This document shows, in pieces, positions 41,448 to 52,750 of a DNA stretch of 64,000 bases. Position 1 is the first letter of the stretch, and each line of letters starts with the position of its first letter. The stretch lies in the sequence record SRR22947727_232. The stretch is one strand, 5' to 3'. The notes below the pieces were generated by a model. That model saw only the letters and a list, made by a program, of their open reading frames with translations. It was not told the origin of the DNA and did no database searches. The translations under genes were made by a program, and so were the position numbers.

Positions 41448-42443
41448 ATGGATCCAGTAACACAAGGTACAATCGGCGCTGTTCTCCCACAGGCGCTAAG
41501 TAAGAAAAATCTAGGGATTGTTGCAGTGCTTGGATTTCTATCTGGAATGGCACCAGATTTAGATATTTTAATTCGCTCAAGTACTGATCCACTATTATCC
41601 TTAGAGTATCACCGTCAATTTACCCACTCCTTTATATTCATACCTTTTGGTGGGCTAATATGCGCTCTATTTCTATTTGTAGTTTTCAAAAAAATAAGTC
41701 CATTTAATTTCAAGAAAACATGGCTTTATTGTACCCTAGGCTACGGGACTCATGGTTTAATTGATGCATGTACAAGCTATGGGACTCTTCTCTTTTGGCC
41801 TTTTAGTGATATGAGGATTGCTTGGAACAATATTTCAATCATTGATCCGTTATTCACGCTTCCCTTGATAGTATTACTAGTGCTCGCAACGGTAAAGAAA
41901 AAAAATATCTATTCAAAAATTGCCCTAGCATGGGCAGCCACGTACCTCATTCTAGGAGTCTATTTGCATAATGTTGCAATCAATATAGGTAAAGAAATTG
42001 CAGAGCAGAGAGGCCACATTGTAAAAAGAATAAAAGCAAAGCCAAGCTTTGGGAATTTAATTTTGTGGAAAACAATATATGAATCAGATGATCAGTTTTA
42101 TGTTGATGCTACAAATTTACTCTTTCAAAAAATTATACCTGGGGAGAGTATTAAAAAATTAAATCTAGAAGAAGATTTTCAATGGTTAAAAGAAGAATCT
42201 CAACAATATAAAGATGTAGAGAGATTTAAATGGTTCAGCAATGACTTTCTTGCGGTTAATCCACAAAATAAAAATCAAATTATTGATATAAGATATTCAG
42301 GTATTCCAAACCAAATAGGTAGTCTCTGGGGTGTACAATTAAACCCAAACAAACATAATCAGGAACATGTTGAGTTTGTAAGTATGCGTAGTGCATCTAT
42401 AGAAAGATTTAAAATTTTAAGGGATATGATAATAAAAAAATAA
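41448..42443 (+). CDS. Membrane-bound metal-dependent hydrolase (YdjM-like)
   Basis: MDPVTQ, PDLD, HRQFTHS, THGLIDACTSYG, IIDP. Confidence 0.85.
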   Translation: MDPVTQGTIGAVLPQALSKKNLGIVAVLGFLSGMAPDLDILIRSSTDPLLSLEYHRQFTHSFIFIPFGGLICALFLFVVFKKISPFNFKKTWLYCTLGYGTHGLIDACTSYGTLLFWPFSDMRIAWNNISIIDPLFTLPLIVLLVLATVKKKNIYSKIALAWAATYLILGVYLHNVAINIGKEIAEQRGHIVKRIKAKPSFGNLILWKTIYESDDQFYVDATNLLFQKIIPGESIKKLNLEEDFQWLKEESQQYKDVERFKWFSNDFLAVNPQNKNQIIDIRYSGIPNQIGSLWGVQLNPNKHNQEHVEFVSMRSASIERFKILRDMIIKK

Positions 42444-42507
42444 TAATATAATCATATATTTAAATATAATTTATAATAAAACAGATTAAAAAAAGGTAAA
42501 TAAAAAA

Positions 42508-43119
42508 ATGATTGCATGTCTAGATTTAGAGGGAGTATTACTTCCAGAAATATGGATTAAATTTGCTGAGAAAACTGGTGTGGAAGATCTAAAATTAACA
42601 ACGCGAGATATTCCTGATTATGACGAATTAATGACTAAAAGACTCGGTATACTTAAAGAAAATAATTTTAAGCTAACGGACATAAAAGAGGTTATTAGCA
42701 CACTTGAGCCCCTTGATGGAGCAATTGAATTTCATAAATGGCTCAGGTCCGAGTTTGAAGTAATAATACTTTCAGATACTTTTTACCAATTTGTAAGTCC
42801 GTTGATGCAAAAATTAGATTACCCTACCCTTTTCTGCCATCAATTGGTCATTGATACCAATGATTCAATCGTTGGATACAAGCTACGCCAACAAAATGGT
42901 AAGCAAGAGGCTGTAAAAGTACTCCAGAATTTAAACTTCAAGGTTGTTGCTGCAGGTGACTCATACAATGATATTGGAATGCTGAAGCAAGCAAATGAAG
43001 GTATTTTATTTGCCCCACCGCAAAATGTGATCAGCGATTATCCACAATTTTCTGTTTCAATGAGCTATGCAGATTTTAAAAAAAAATTAGAAGCATGTAA
43101 AATTGAGTTTGAAGGGTAA
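42508..43119 (+). CDS. thrH: Phosphoserine phosphatase/homoserine phosphotransferase
   Basis: CLDLEGVLLPEIW, TTRDIPDYD, GDSYND. Confidence 0.93.
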   Translation: MIACLDLEGVLLPEIWIKFAEKTGVEDLKLTTRDIPDYDELMTKRLGILKENNFKLTDIKEVISTLEPLDGAIEFHKWLRSEFEVIILSDTFYQFVSPLMQKLDYPTLFCHQLVIDTNDSIVGYKLRQQNGKQEAVKVLQNLNFKVVAAGDSYNDIGMLKQANEGILFAPPQNVISDYPQFSVSMSYADFKKKLEACKIEFEG

Positions 43120-43239
43120 ATTAAAATTATTGGTTATGTGGCTATTTATTAATTATAAGTTTTAATTTAATTCTAAAATTATTATACGTATATTTTATAT
43201 TATAAATTTTATTTATAATATTGATTTAAAACAAAAAAA

Positions 43240-43740
43240 ATGAGTAGAGCTTTTGTAAAAGAAAATGATTTAGAGCATGCTGGAATAGATGTGCCAGAGC
43301 GCCCTATAAGCTCTGAAAAAAATTATGTAACTCCTGATGGGCTTATGGAGCTAGAAGAAAAAATCTCAAATTTGGAAGTGGAAAGAAAAAAAATATCCCT
43401 CACAATCGACTCCTTACACAAGCAAAAAAAAATGCAATTGGAGCGTGATTTAAGATATTTTATTAATCGCCTTGAATCAGCAATTTTGATTAACCCCCAT
43501 GGACAGGACAAAAATAAGGTACTTTTTTCTGCTTCTGTTGATGTCGAAAATAAATTAGGAGATATTCTAAATTTTCAGATTGTTGGTGAAGATGAAGCAA
43601 ATGTTAAGATAAATAAAATTGCATACAATTCACCTCTTGCAAAAGCTTTAATTGGAAACGCTCTAAATGATGAGGTTGTTTGGATGAAGCCCTCAGGAAA
43701 TGAAATTTTAACTATCGTAAACATACAGTACAAGCTATAA
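43240..43740 (+). CDS. GreA/GreB family elongation factor
   Basis: MSRAFVKE, NYVTPDG, IVGEDEA, SPLAKAL. Confidence 0.85.
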   Translation: MSRAFVKENDLEHAGIDVPERPISSEKNYVTPDGLMELEEKISNLEVERKKISLTIDSLHKQKKMQLERDLRYFINRLESAILINPHGQDKNKVLFSASVDVENKLGDILNFQIVGEDEANVKINKIAYNSPLAKALIGNALNDEVVWMKPSGNEILTIVNIQYKL

Positions 43741-43817
43741 TTCGTAAAAATTTTAACTTCAACATACTTTAAATCATAATTTCCTAACTATTACCAAAAA
43801 ATAAGAGGCTCATATAC

Positions 43818-45410
43818 TTGCTAATTACAAATAATATTACGATGCAATTTGGTTCAAAACCACTTTTTGAGGATATCTCAATAAAGTTTGGAGACGGTAA
43901 CCGCTATGGCCTTATCGGTGCAAACGGATGTGGTAAATCAACATTTATGAAAATTCTAGCTAAAGAGCTTGAGCCTTCTTCGGGTTCAATTTCCATTGAA
44001 TCAAATGAAAGAGTTGCGTGGTTGAGGCAAGATCAATTTGCATATGAAGAGCTAAGGGTTCTTGATGTTGTCATGATGGGTCATGAAGAAATGTGGAATG
44101 CCAATGAGGAAAAAAATAAGTTGTATGCAAACCCTGATGCCTCAGACGAGGATTATATGAAGGCGGCTGAATTAGAAACAGTCTATGCAGAATATGATGG
44201 GTACACAGCTGAATCAAGAGCTGGGGAGCTATTAGATGGTGTAGGCATTGAAAATAGCTTTCATGATGGAGTAATGAGTGCAATCCCTCCTGGATTAAAA
44301 CTTAGAGTTTTATTAGCTCAAGCGCTATTTGCAGACCCAGATATACTTTTACTTGATGAACCTACTAACAATTTGGATATCAATACGATTCGATGGCTTG
44401 AAAAAATTATTAATTCTAGAAATTCGACCATGATTATTATTTCGCATGATCGTCATTTTCTGAATCAAGTATGCACCCATACAGCAGATATGGATTACCA
44501 AAAGTTGACGGTTTATCCAGGTAACTATGATGACTTTATGGTAGCAAGTACAACAGTAAAGTCACAACAACTCAAAGCAAATGAAAAAGCTAAAGCCCAA
44601 GTAGCCGAACTTCAAGAATTTGTTAGAAGATTTTCAGCAAATGCATCTAAAGCTAAACAAGCGACATCAAGAGCAAGACAAATTGATAAAATAAAGATAG
44701 AGGATATGAGGCCATCAAGTAGGCAATATCCGTTTATTCGATTTGAATACGAGGAAAAAGATAAATTATATCGTCAAGCACTTACAATTAATAAATTAAG
44801 TCACGCTTATGAAAAACCCTTATTTAATAATGTAAATTTTATGGTTGAGGCTGGCGAAAAAGTCGCCATTATTGGTGAAAATGGGATAGGCAAATCTACC
44901 TTACTCAAAATTCTTGCAAATAAAGTAAAACCTGATGATGGCTCTATTAAATGGGCAGAAAAAGCAAAAATAAGTTACTTTGCACAAGACCATAAAGACG
45001 AATTTGATAAAAGCACTTCAATATTTGATTGGATAAATGACTATAAACAAGTACAAGATGACGATCAATCTATTAAAAGCATTTTGGGTCGATTATTATT
45101 TTCTGGAGATGATTTTAAAAAGAAGGTGAATGTATTATCTGGTGGAGAGCAAGGTCGGATGTTATTTGGGAAAATAATGCTCGAAAGAAATAATGTATTA
45201 TTATTAGATGAGCCCACTAATCATATGGATATGGAATCAATTGAGTCGTTAAATACAGCGTTAGAAAAATTCAAGGGAACCGTATTTTTTGTAACACACG
45301 ACCGTGAATTTGTTAGCTCAGTAGCTACACGTATATTTGAAATAAAATCTGATAAGATTATTGACTACACAGGAAACTATGAGGATTATGTAAACTCTCA
45401 GGAAGATTAA
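43818..45410 (+). CDS. ybiT: ABC-F family ATPase, YbiT-like
   Basis: Two ABC domains without [27 protein letters not shown] linker. Confidence 0.85.
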   Translation: MLITNNITMQFGSKPLFEDISIKFGDGNRYGLIGANGCGKSTFMKILAKELEPSSGSISIESNERVAWLRQDQFAYEELRVLDVVMMGHEEMWNANEEKNKLYANPDASDEDYMKAAELETVYAEYDGYTAESRAGELLDGVGIENSFHDGVMSAIPPGLKLRVLLAQALFADPDILLLDEPTNNLDINTIRWLEKIINSRNSTMIIISHDRHFLNQVCTHTADMDYQKLTVYPGNYDDFMVASTTVKSQQLKANEKAKAQVAELQEFVRRFSANASKAKQATSRARQIDKIKIEDMRPSSRQYPFIRFEYEEKDKLYRQALTINKLSHAYEKPLFNNVNFMVEAGEKVAIIGENGIGKSTLLKILANKVKPDDGSIKWAEKAKISYFAQDHKDEFDKSTSIFDWINDYKQVQDDDQSIKSILGRLLFSGDDFKKKVNVLSGGEQGRMLFGKIMLERNNVLLLDEPTNHMDMESIESLNTALEKFKGTVFFVTHDREFVSSVATRIFEIKSDKIIDYTGNYEDYVNSQED

Positions 45411-45422
45411 ATAAACATATTT

Positions 45423-46691
45423 TTATAATCTTCCATCAACAAATTTTTTATCAAAAATATACTTTACGTCAAATAACACATGGTTTCTTTTTGCTAGCTT
45501 TTTAAGACTATTAAGTGAATATTTTCTAAATTCATCATGAGCTAAAGTGAGAATAATAGCATCATATTTCCCCGTCTTTGGCCTAGTAATTAAATCTATT
45601 TTGTATTCTTTTTTTACCTCCAGAGCGCTTACACAAGGATCAAAAATATCTACATTGCATCCCAGACTTTTAAAATTTTTAAATACTTCGACTATTCTTG
45701 TGTTTCTAATATCTGGGCAATTTTCTTTAAATGCAAAACCCATTATCAATATATTTGCATCGGCAAGTTTAATGCCTTTTCCTTTCATCAAATCTAAAAC
45801 TTGATTGGTTAAATGCTCAGCCATATGCTCATTAATTTTTCTAGCTGATAAGATCAATTCTGGAACGTACCCAACCTCTTTAGACTTATGAATTAAATAG
45901 TAGGGGTCTACTCCTATACAATGCCCTCCAACCAAACCAGGTCTGAATGGAATAAAATTCCATTTCGTCCCTGCTGCCTTTAAAACTGACTCAGTATCTA
46001 TATCCAATTTATTTAAAATAATCGATAGCTGATTTATAAAAGCTATATTTAAATCTCTTTGCGTATTTTCAATAACTTTTGATGCCTCTGCAATCTTAAT
46101 CGATTCTGCGAGATGTGTGCCTGCCTTAATAATCTCTTTATACAATTCATCCACTTCCTTAGAAGCAGTTTCTGAAGACCCTGATGTAACCTTTATAATG
46201 GATGTGACATGTCTGTCTTTATCGCCGGGATTTATTCGTTCTGGAGAATAGCCACATGAAAAGTCTTTATTAATAACTAAGTTTGATGTTTTTTCTAAGA
46301 TTGGTATGCATACTTCTTCGGTAGCCCCGGGATAAACAGTTGATTCATAGATTACTAAATCCCCAGCCTTCAATATACCTCCTACCATTTCACTTGCGAT
46401 AACTAAAGGGGAAAGGTTTGGGCCTTTATCAAGGTTTACAGGCGTTGGAACTGTAATTATAAAAATAGAGCATTCACTAATATCAGTTAATTTACTAGTA
46501 AAAACTATATTTTTTGTTCTTTTTAATTCCTGGCTAGTAATTTCTAAAGTGTCGTCAACGCCTTCCTTAAGAGCATGAACTCTTTTACGATCTATATCAA
46601 AACCAACTACGTTTCTTTTTTTTCCGAATTCTATTGCAAGTGGTAGGCCTACATAACCTAACCCAATAATAGCTATTTTTTTTCTTTGCAT
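45423..46691 (-). CDS. UDP-HexNAc dehydrogenase (TviB/WbpO family)
   Basis: GLGYVGLP, YSPERINPGD, GGHCIGVDP, FKENCPD. Confidence 0.9.
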   Translation of the reverse strand: MQRKKIAIIGLGYVGLPLAIEFGKKRNVVGFDIDRKRVHALKEGVDDTLEITSQELKRTKNIVFTSKLTDISECSIFIITVPTPVNLDKGPNLSPLVIASEMVGGILKAGDLVIYESTVYPGATEEVCIPILEKTSNLVINKDFSCGYSPERINPGDKDRHVTSIIKVTSGSSETASKEVDELYKEIIKAGTHLAESIKIAEASKVIENTQRDLNIAFINQLSIILNKLDIDTESVLKAAGTKWNFIPFRPGLVGGHCIGVDPYYLIHKSKEVGYVPELILSARKINEHMAEHLTNQVLDLMKGKGIKLADANILIMGFAFKENCPDIRNTRIVEVFKNFKSLGCNVDIFDPCVSALEVKKEYKIDLITRPKTGKYDAIILTLAHDEFRKYSLNSLKKLAKRNHVLFDVKYIFDKKFVDGRL

Positions 46692-46756
46692 TCAGCTAGC
46701 TTTCTAAAATGTTAAAAAAAAAGACATAGTAAAATTAAATTACATACTAAGTATCG

Positions 46757-48565
46757 TTATGATTTTGCAGCGCGTTTTCTTTCATGCTCAATAAGATATC
46801 TTTTTCTAATTCTAATTGATTCGGGAGTGATTTCAACTAATTCATCATCATCTATAAATTCAACTGCATATTCCAAACTCATTTGAATTGGAGGTACCAA
46901 TCTGACTGCTTCATCAGTTCCTGAAGACCTCACGTTTGTCAGTTGCTTTCCCTTTATTGGGTTCACAATTAAATCATTATCTCGAGAATGAATGCCAATG
47001 ACCATGCCTTCATATAACTTGTCTCCTGGATGAACAAACATTCTTCCCCTGTCTTGAAGTTTCCATAAAGCATATGCTACTGCCTCTCCTTTTTCTGATG
47101 AAATTAAAACACCATTTCTTCTTCCTGGTATTTCCGTTTTGACAGGCAAGTATTCCTCAAAAACATGAGACATAATCCCAGTTCCTTTGGTCATGGTCAG
47201 AAATTCACCTTGAAAGCCAATAAGACCTCTTGCAGGAATTGTGTACTCAAGGCGCGTCCTACCAAGTCCATCAGACTCCATATTGGTCAATTCACCTTTT
47301 CTTCTTCCTAACTCCTCCATCACTGCCCCCTGTGTCTCATCTTCTATATCTACGGTGAGATTCTCATATGGTTCACATTTATTTTGGTCAATTTCTTTGT
47401 AAACAACCTGAGGTTTTCCAACAGCAACTTCATAGCCTTCCCTTCTCATATTTTCTAAGAGGATTGTTAAATGAAGCTCGCCCCTTCCTGAAACCCTAAA
47501 AACATCTGCATCTTCAGTATCTTCTACTCTCAGTGCGACGTTAACTAATAATTCCTTTGTGAGCCTCTCTTTTATTTGCCTACTTGTCACAAACTTACCC
47601 TCTTTACCAGCCAGAGGTGAGGTATTAACCATAAAATCCATATTTAATGTGGGTTCATCGATAGGGATTATTGGAAGACCTGAAGGATTATCAAGTTGCG
47701 CAATCGTAACACCAATACCGATCTCCTCAATCCCAGTCACGATTACAATATCACCAGCCTCTGCTTGCTTTACGTTAACCTTTTCTAGTCCATCATAGCC
47801 AAATACCTCATTAATTTTACCTTGTCCAATTTTTTTATCGCCTAACATTACGGCTACTGAACTTCCTGGCTTTAAAATTCCATTACGAATCCGACCAATG
47901 CCCATCCGGCCAGTATAGGAGGAATAATCTAGTGCTGAAATTTGAAACTGCAAAGGAGCTTCTAGGTCACCATCAGGGGGTTCTACATGAGATAAGATGG
48001 TTTTGAATAATGCAGTCATATCATTCGTATCTTCATCTTCTTTCATCTTCGCATAACCATTTAAAGCTGATGCATAAACGACTGGAAAGTCTAATTGTTC
48101 ATCAGTTGCGCCTAAATTGGCAAACAAATCAAATGTATGGTTTATTACCCAATCCGCTCTCGCCCCAGGTCGATCTATTTTATTTATAACCACAATAGGT
48201 TTAAGACCCAGTGCCAATGCTTTTTTAGTAACAAAACGTGTTTGTGGCATAGGTCCATCAACAGCATCAACAAGTAAAACAACGCCGTCCACCATTCCTA
48301 ATACCCTCTCAACCTCCCCACCAAAGTCAGCATGACCTGGCGTATCAACTATATTGATATGATGGTCTTGATAATTAATCGCTGTATTTTTTGATAGGAT
48401 GGTAATTCCTCGTTCCTTTTCAAGATCATTAGAGTCCATGACCCGCTCACTAACTTGTTGGTGATCAGCAAAAGTCCCTGATTGTTGCAATAATTTATCA
48501 ACAAGGGTAGTTTTACCGTGATCAACATGGGCAATAATTGCGATATTACGAAGCTTTTGATTCAT
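46757..48565 (-). CDS. typA: Translational GTPase TypA/BipA
   Basis: HVDHGKT, DTPGHADFGGEVER, GRGELHL, KQLTNVRSSG. Confidence 0.97.
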   Translation of the reverse strand: MNQKLRNIAIIAHVDHGKTTLVDKLLQQSGTFADHQQVSERVMDSNDLEKERGITILSKNTAINYQDHHINIVDTPGHADFGGEVERVLGMVDGVVLLVDAVDGPMPQTRFVTKKALALGLKPIVVINKIDRPGARADWVINHTFDLFANLGATDEQLDFPVVYASALNGYAKMKEDEDTNDMTALFKTILSHVEPPDGDLEAPLQFQISALDYSSYTGRMGIGRIRNGILKPGSSVAVMLGDKKIGQGKINEVFGYDGLEKVNVKQAEAGDIVIVTGIEEIGIGVTIAQLDNPSGLPIIPIDEPTLNMDFMVNTSPLAGKEGKFVTSRQIKERLTKELLVNVALRVEDTEDADVFRVSGRGELHLTILLENMRREGYEVAVGKPQVVYKEIDQNKCEPYENLTVDIEDETQGAVMEELGRRKGELTNMESDGLGRTRLEYTIPARGLIGFQGEFLTMTKGTGIMSHVFEEYLPVKTEIPGRRNGVLISSEKGEAVAYALWKLQDRGRMFVHPGDKLYEGMVIGIHSRDNDLIVNPIKGKQLTNVRSSGTDEAVRLVPPIQMSLEYAVEFIDDDELVEITPESIRIRKRYLIEHERKRAAKS

Positions 48566-48643
48566 TGATGCATAACCATTAAATTTACTAGACGCGCGAT
48601 TTTAGCACAAAGAGGCTAACTTAACCCATGATGTTTTCAAGTA

Positions 48644-49471
48644 TTAGAGCAAATCTTTAAGATTGTTAATTATTTTTTTGGGATCTATCTTTTCTTCATC
48701 AGAATCAGATTTTTGCTCACCACTGAGCTTATCGATGATTTTATTAATATTTTTTCTGATATCAGTCTTAAGTGATTTAAAGTCAAATACAGTTTCTAAA
48801 TTATCATCTATTTTTAGGATAACTCGCTCTAGGACAAATTCAGGAGAAGCGCCTTGCAATTTTGAACCGATATCCCTTATTACTATCAATGGAATTTTTT
48901 TGTTTAAAAAATCTTTTTTTAAAGAACTTACCCTTGCTTTTATTTCTAAATCTACAATTTTTAATTCTTTAATAAAAAAAGTTTTAGGAGTTTTTTTATC
49001 ATTAATATCTTTTACTTTTTTGTTTTCAGTTGTTTTAGTTGATTTTTTTTCTTGGGATATATTACTTCCATTATTTTGATAGCTTTGAATATTCTCCTTG
49101 AGAACATTAAAATTTGTTTTTTTCCCATTATATTCGTAGATAATCTCTGGATTATTTATCAAAACTAGAGGAATCTCTATAATATTTTGGGTTAATGATT
49201 CCTTTTTAATATTAATAATAACTTTTTCAACTTCAAATGCTTCAGAATTACTAAATCCATTAGGGTTTTCAATGCCCAGTCTATTTATTGAAATTTCACC
49301 TTTTTGAAAATCTGTTTTGACAGAATCGACCTCAACTTCAGTTTTGGTCATTTTGGAACCATTCTCAACCATGTAGTTTTTGATAAAATCATCTAAATTA
49401 TCAAAAAACCAATATGTCACGCCTCCAAGAACCAAAATAAGTAATAAAGTAACTAGTAGTATTTTTTTCAT
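48644..49471 (-). CDS. AsmA-like membrane-anchored protein
   Basis: N-terminal TM, G.I.I..L.I.NP.GF pattern, TNF..L..NI. Confidence 0.6.
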   Translation of the reverse strand: MKKILLVTLLLILVLGGVTYWFFDNLDDFIKNYMVENGSKMTKTEVEVDSVKTDFQKGEISINRLGIENPNGFSNSEAFEVEKVIINIKKESLTQNIIEIPLVLINNPEIIYEYNGKKTNFNVLKENIQSYQNNGSNISQEKKSTKTTENKKVKDINDKKTPKTFFIKELKIVDLEIKARVSSLKKDFLNKKIPLIVIRDIGSKLQGASPEFVLERVILKIDDNLETVFDFKSLKTDIRKNINKIIDKLSGEQKSDSDEEKIDPKKIINNLKDLL

Positions 49472-49475
49472 TATT

Positions 49476-50678
49476 TTATCTCTTTAGTTTAGTTTTAATT
49501 TTTAAGGCTGCTTTTTTAACGCTTACCAAAGCAGATTCCATAGTATTTGATGATGCTAAAATAACACCCATTCTTCTTTTCTTAAAAGACTTAGGTTTAC
49601 CAAACAGTCTTATATCGACTCCAGGCACTTTAAGTGCTTGATCTATTCCCTCAAAGTAAATATGGTCTGCATCATGATTACCATAAATAACCTTACTAGC
49701 TCCAGGTTTACTTAATGATGTATCAACCGGTAATCCAAGAATCGCTTTGGCATGCAACTCGAATTCAGATTGTCTTTGAGATGCCATAGTGACCATACCA
49801 GTATCATGAGGTCTGGGACTCACCTCTGAGAACCATACTTCCTCCTTCTTAATAAACAACTCAACACCAAAAATACCAAGCCCACCCAAGGAGTCCGTTA
49901 TTGATTTGGCAATATTTTTTGACTTTTCCAATGCTGCTTTACTCATCGGTTGTGGCTGAAAACTTTCGATATAGTCTCCATTCTCTTGGTTATGCCCTAT
50001 CGGGTCACAAAATTTTGTACAAACTTCACCTTTCAAGTCTTTAGATCTAACAGTGAGTAGTGTTATTTCATAGTCAAAATCAATTAAACTCTCTGCTATC
50101 ACCACGCCTTGATCAACCCTTCCTCCAGTTGCTGCATGGTTCCAGGCAGATTTTATTTCACTTTCAGACTTTACTAGTGATTGACCTTTTCCTGATGATG
50201 ACATGGTAGGTTTAACAAAACATGGGAATTTAATTTGGTTTAAAATTAGATTTTTAAGTTCTTCATAACTTTTTGCAAAACCATAATTTGATGTAGGAAG
50301 CCCTAATTCTTCAGATGCCAGCTTTCGAATACCTTCTCTATTCATTGTTAACTGAACTGCTTTTAAACTAGGAATTATCTTGGAATAACCCTTGCTATCT
50401 ACTTCTGATAATAAATTTGTATTAATTGCCTCAATTTCTGGGACGATATAATGAGGGTTCTCTTTTTGAATAATTTCTCTTAGTTGCTTTTCATTTGTCA
50501 TATCAATAACGTAAGCACGATGTGCAACTTGATGCCCTGGTGCATTTTGATAACGGTCAACAGCAATAACCTCCACACCTAGCCTTTGAAGTGAAATAAT
50601 TACTTCCTTACCAAGCTCTCCAGCCCCTAGTAACATAACTTTTGTAGATAAAGAACTTAACGGCGTTCCAATGTCCAT
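49476..50678 (-). CDS. purT: Formate-dependent GAR transformylase
   Basis: [31 protein letters not shown]. Confidence 0.95.
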   Translation of the reverse strand: MDIGTPLSSLSTKVMLLGAGELGKEVIISLQRLGVEVIAVDRYQNAPGHQVAHRAYVIDMTNEKQLREIIQKENPHYIVPEIEAINTNLLSEVDSKGYSKIIPSLKAVQLTMNREGIRKLASEELGLPTSNYGFAKSYEELKNLILNQIKFPCFVKPTMSSSGKGQSLVKSESEIKSAWNHAATGGRVDQGVVIAESLIDFDYEITLLTVRSKDLKGEVCTKFCDPIGHNQENGDYIESFQPQPMSKAALEKSKNIAKSITDSLGGLGIFGVELFIKKEEVWFSEVSPRPHDTGMVTMASQRQSEFELHAKAILGLPVDTSLSKPGASKVIYGNHDADHIYFEGIDQALKVPGVDIRLFGKPKSFKKRRMGVILASSNTMESALVSVKKAALKIKTKLKR

Positions 50679-50736
50679 ATATGAGCCTGTAATGTTATTG
50701 AACCAATTATAACAATAGATTTATGAAGATAATTAT

Positions 50737-51345
50737 TTATAAAATTTTATTTTCTTTAGCTACATTATAAAAATCGAGTATATTTTTTATATTTAATTTT
50801 TGCTTAATTGATGTTTGATAATTTGCTGCTGTCTTATAACTTATATTTAGTTTTTCAGCGATTGAAAGTAATTCTTCGCCCGATGCTAGAGACTTGAAAA
50901 TCTCAAATTCCTTATTATTTAAGTCCTTAATTCTTGAATCTTTAAATTCGTCTACATCTACCGATGCTGAAATAATAATTTCATTATTCATTACTTTCTC
51001 AATTGCATTGAGTAAATCATCTGATAGGTCATTTTTTAGAATATAGCCATCAGCACCCGCCTTTATCGCTTTATCAATAATCATAGAGTTGTCATGCATT
51101 GAGAGCATTAAGATCTTAATTTTTGGAAATCTTTTTTTAATTTGATTTGTTGACTCAATACCTCCTTTTCCAGGCATAGAGACATCCATAATGATTAGAT
51201 CAACTTTATTTTTTTGTAAAAATTGATATGCCTCTTCCCCGGTACCTAAATCAGCAACTATATTTAGATTTGGAGTATTTTCAACAAGACGCTTAATACC
51301 TGCTCGAACAATTTCATGATCATCTACGATTAATAAATCTGTCAT
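50737..51345 (-). CDS. NarL/LuxR-family response regulator (MxcE-like)
   Basis: VDDHEIVR, DVSMPG receiver; C-terminal HTH ISYKTAANYQT. Confidence 0.85.
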   Translation of the reverse strand: MTDLLIVDDHEIVRAGIKRLVENTPNLNIVADLGTGEEAYQFLQKNKVDLIIMDVSMPGKGGIESTNQIKKRFPKIKILMLSMHDNSMIIDKAIKAGADGYILKNDLSDDLLNAIEKVMNNEIIISASVDVDEFKDSRIKDLNNKEFEIFKSLASGEELLSIAEKLNISYKTAANYQTSIKQKLNIKNILDFYNVAKENKIL

Positions 51346-51348
51346 CTG

Positions 51349-52665
51349 CTAACTCAAATTAATAATTAATTTAAATAATTTCTTTTTGGAAACTTCTACG
51401 GTTCCGTTAATTTGGTCTACACGTTCAGCTATACCAATGAGACCAAGGCCTTCTTGATTTGATGAGTCATCGTTAATACCATCGTTGCTTATCAAAATTC
51501 TTGTTCTGCCATTGTTTTCTAAATACTTTATGCTTATTTGAATTTTTGTAGGAGTTGAATGTTTAGCAATATTAGTAAGTGTTTCTTGAAAAATACGATA
51601 AAGATGAGCAGTTTTCTTTTTTGTTATTTTTTTAAAAGCCTTTTCATCCATTTGATATTCAAACTTAACTCCCTTAAATCGCCTTTTCCAATTCTCAAAT
51701 AGCTCAATCAAAGCAGACTCAAATCCCAAATCTTCAATTAAGCCTAAATTAAGTTTTTTTATGATCTCCCTTGTGGACAGCATCATATTTTTTGATAATT
51801 GTATTACGTTAAATATAGCTTCATCACGAGATTTCTTCTTGGTTGATTTTGAAATTGAAGCTGCTTCTGCTTGCAATGCAGTTAATGACTGTCCTAGTTC
51901 ATCGTGAAGATCTCTTGCTAATTCACTTTTTTCTTGTTCCTGAACATCAATTAAGTTTTGACTTAATTGATGAATCTTATTATTACTTTGCCTAAGATTG
52001 TCGATCATACTATTGAATTTTTTTCCAATAATATCAAGCTCAAGAATATTTGATTTTTTAATCCTTGACTTGTAGTTTCCTGTTTCTAGTTTTTCAAAAC
52101 CCTCAATAATTTTATTGATTGGTTTTATCATATAAGAAAAAAGAAGCAGCACTACAAAATTTATAACAACAAGAAAAGCAACTATGATCCAAAGACCTAC
52201 TTTAATTTGTTGCCATATTTCTGCATACTCATAAATTGGCTCAGGTTTTATTAATATATAACCAGCGAGCTCCCCTCTTTGTTCAATATTAATTTTCGAG
52301 AAAAATATCTTATCTGAGAGACTTTCAATTATATTTATAAACCAAACTGGAGGAGGTTTAATTTCATCAGGTGTGTTTAATGTTTCTTCTAATAAAACAT
52401 CATTTTCATCATAAAATTGAATTTTTAAATGGCGGATTCCTGACAATTCCGAGATACCTAATTCGTTATTTTCCCTTTGAAACAAATAAAAATCAGGATT
52501 TTTCTTTACTCCTTGTTCGATAGCAAATTCAGCAAGAGACATTGTAGATAAAACTTCTTCCCTGACATTTTTTTGGGTGACCATCATAATAGTCATCAGA
52601 CCAATAAGTGTTGCAATTAAAAGTAAGGAATTAATGTAAATAAGAAGTTGTGATTTAAGGCTCAT
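51349..52665 (-). CDS. HisKA_3-type sensor kinase with HAMP domain (MxcQ/MoxY-like)
   Basis: Two TMs, periplasmic RHL and PP.WF, ELARDLHDELGQSLT, QETLTNIAKH; start placed at ATG 52665. Confidence 0.85.
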   Translation of the reverse strand: MSLKSQLLIYINSLLLIATLIGLMTIMMVTQKNVREEVLSTMSLAEFAIEQGVKKNPDFYLFQRENNELGISELSGIRHLKIQFYDENDVLLEETLNTPDEIKPPPVWFINIIESLSDKIFFSKINIEQRGELAGYILIKPEPIYEYAEIWQQIKVGLWIIVAFLVVINFVVLLLFSYMIKPINKIIEGFEKLETGNYKSRIKKSNILELDIIGKKFNSMIDNLRQSNNKIHQLSQNLIDVQEQEKSELARDLHDELGQSLTALQAEAASISKSTKKKSRDEAIFNVIQLSKNMMLSTREIIKKLNLGLIEDLGFESALIELFENWKRRFKGVKFEYQMDEKAFKKITKKKTAHLYRIFQETLTNIAKHSTPTKIQISIKYLENNGRTRILISNDGINDDSSNQEGLGLIGIAERVDQINGTVEVSKKKLFKLIINLS

Positions 52666-52711
52666 ATAATACAAAAAAGTTTAAAAACAATAATATACAC
52701 CCGATACTTAT

Positions 52712-52738
52712 AAAAAAAGGGCCTATAGCCCTTTTTTT
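52712..52738. terminator. Intrinsic terminator after the TonB receptor
   Basis: A-tract, GGGC-CTATA-GCCC, T-tract. Confidence 0.8.
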
Positions 52739-52750
52739 ATTTTTAATCAT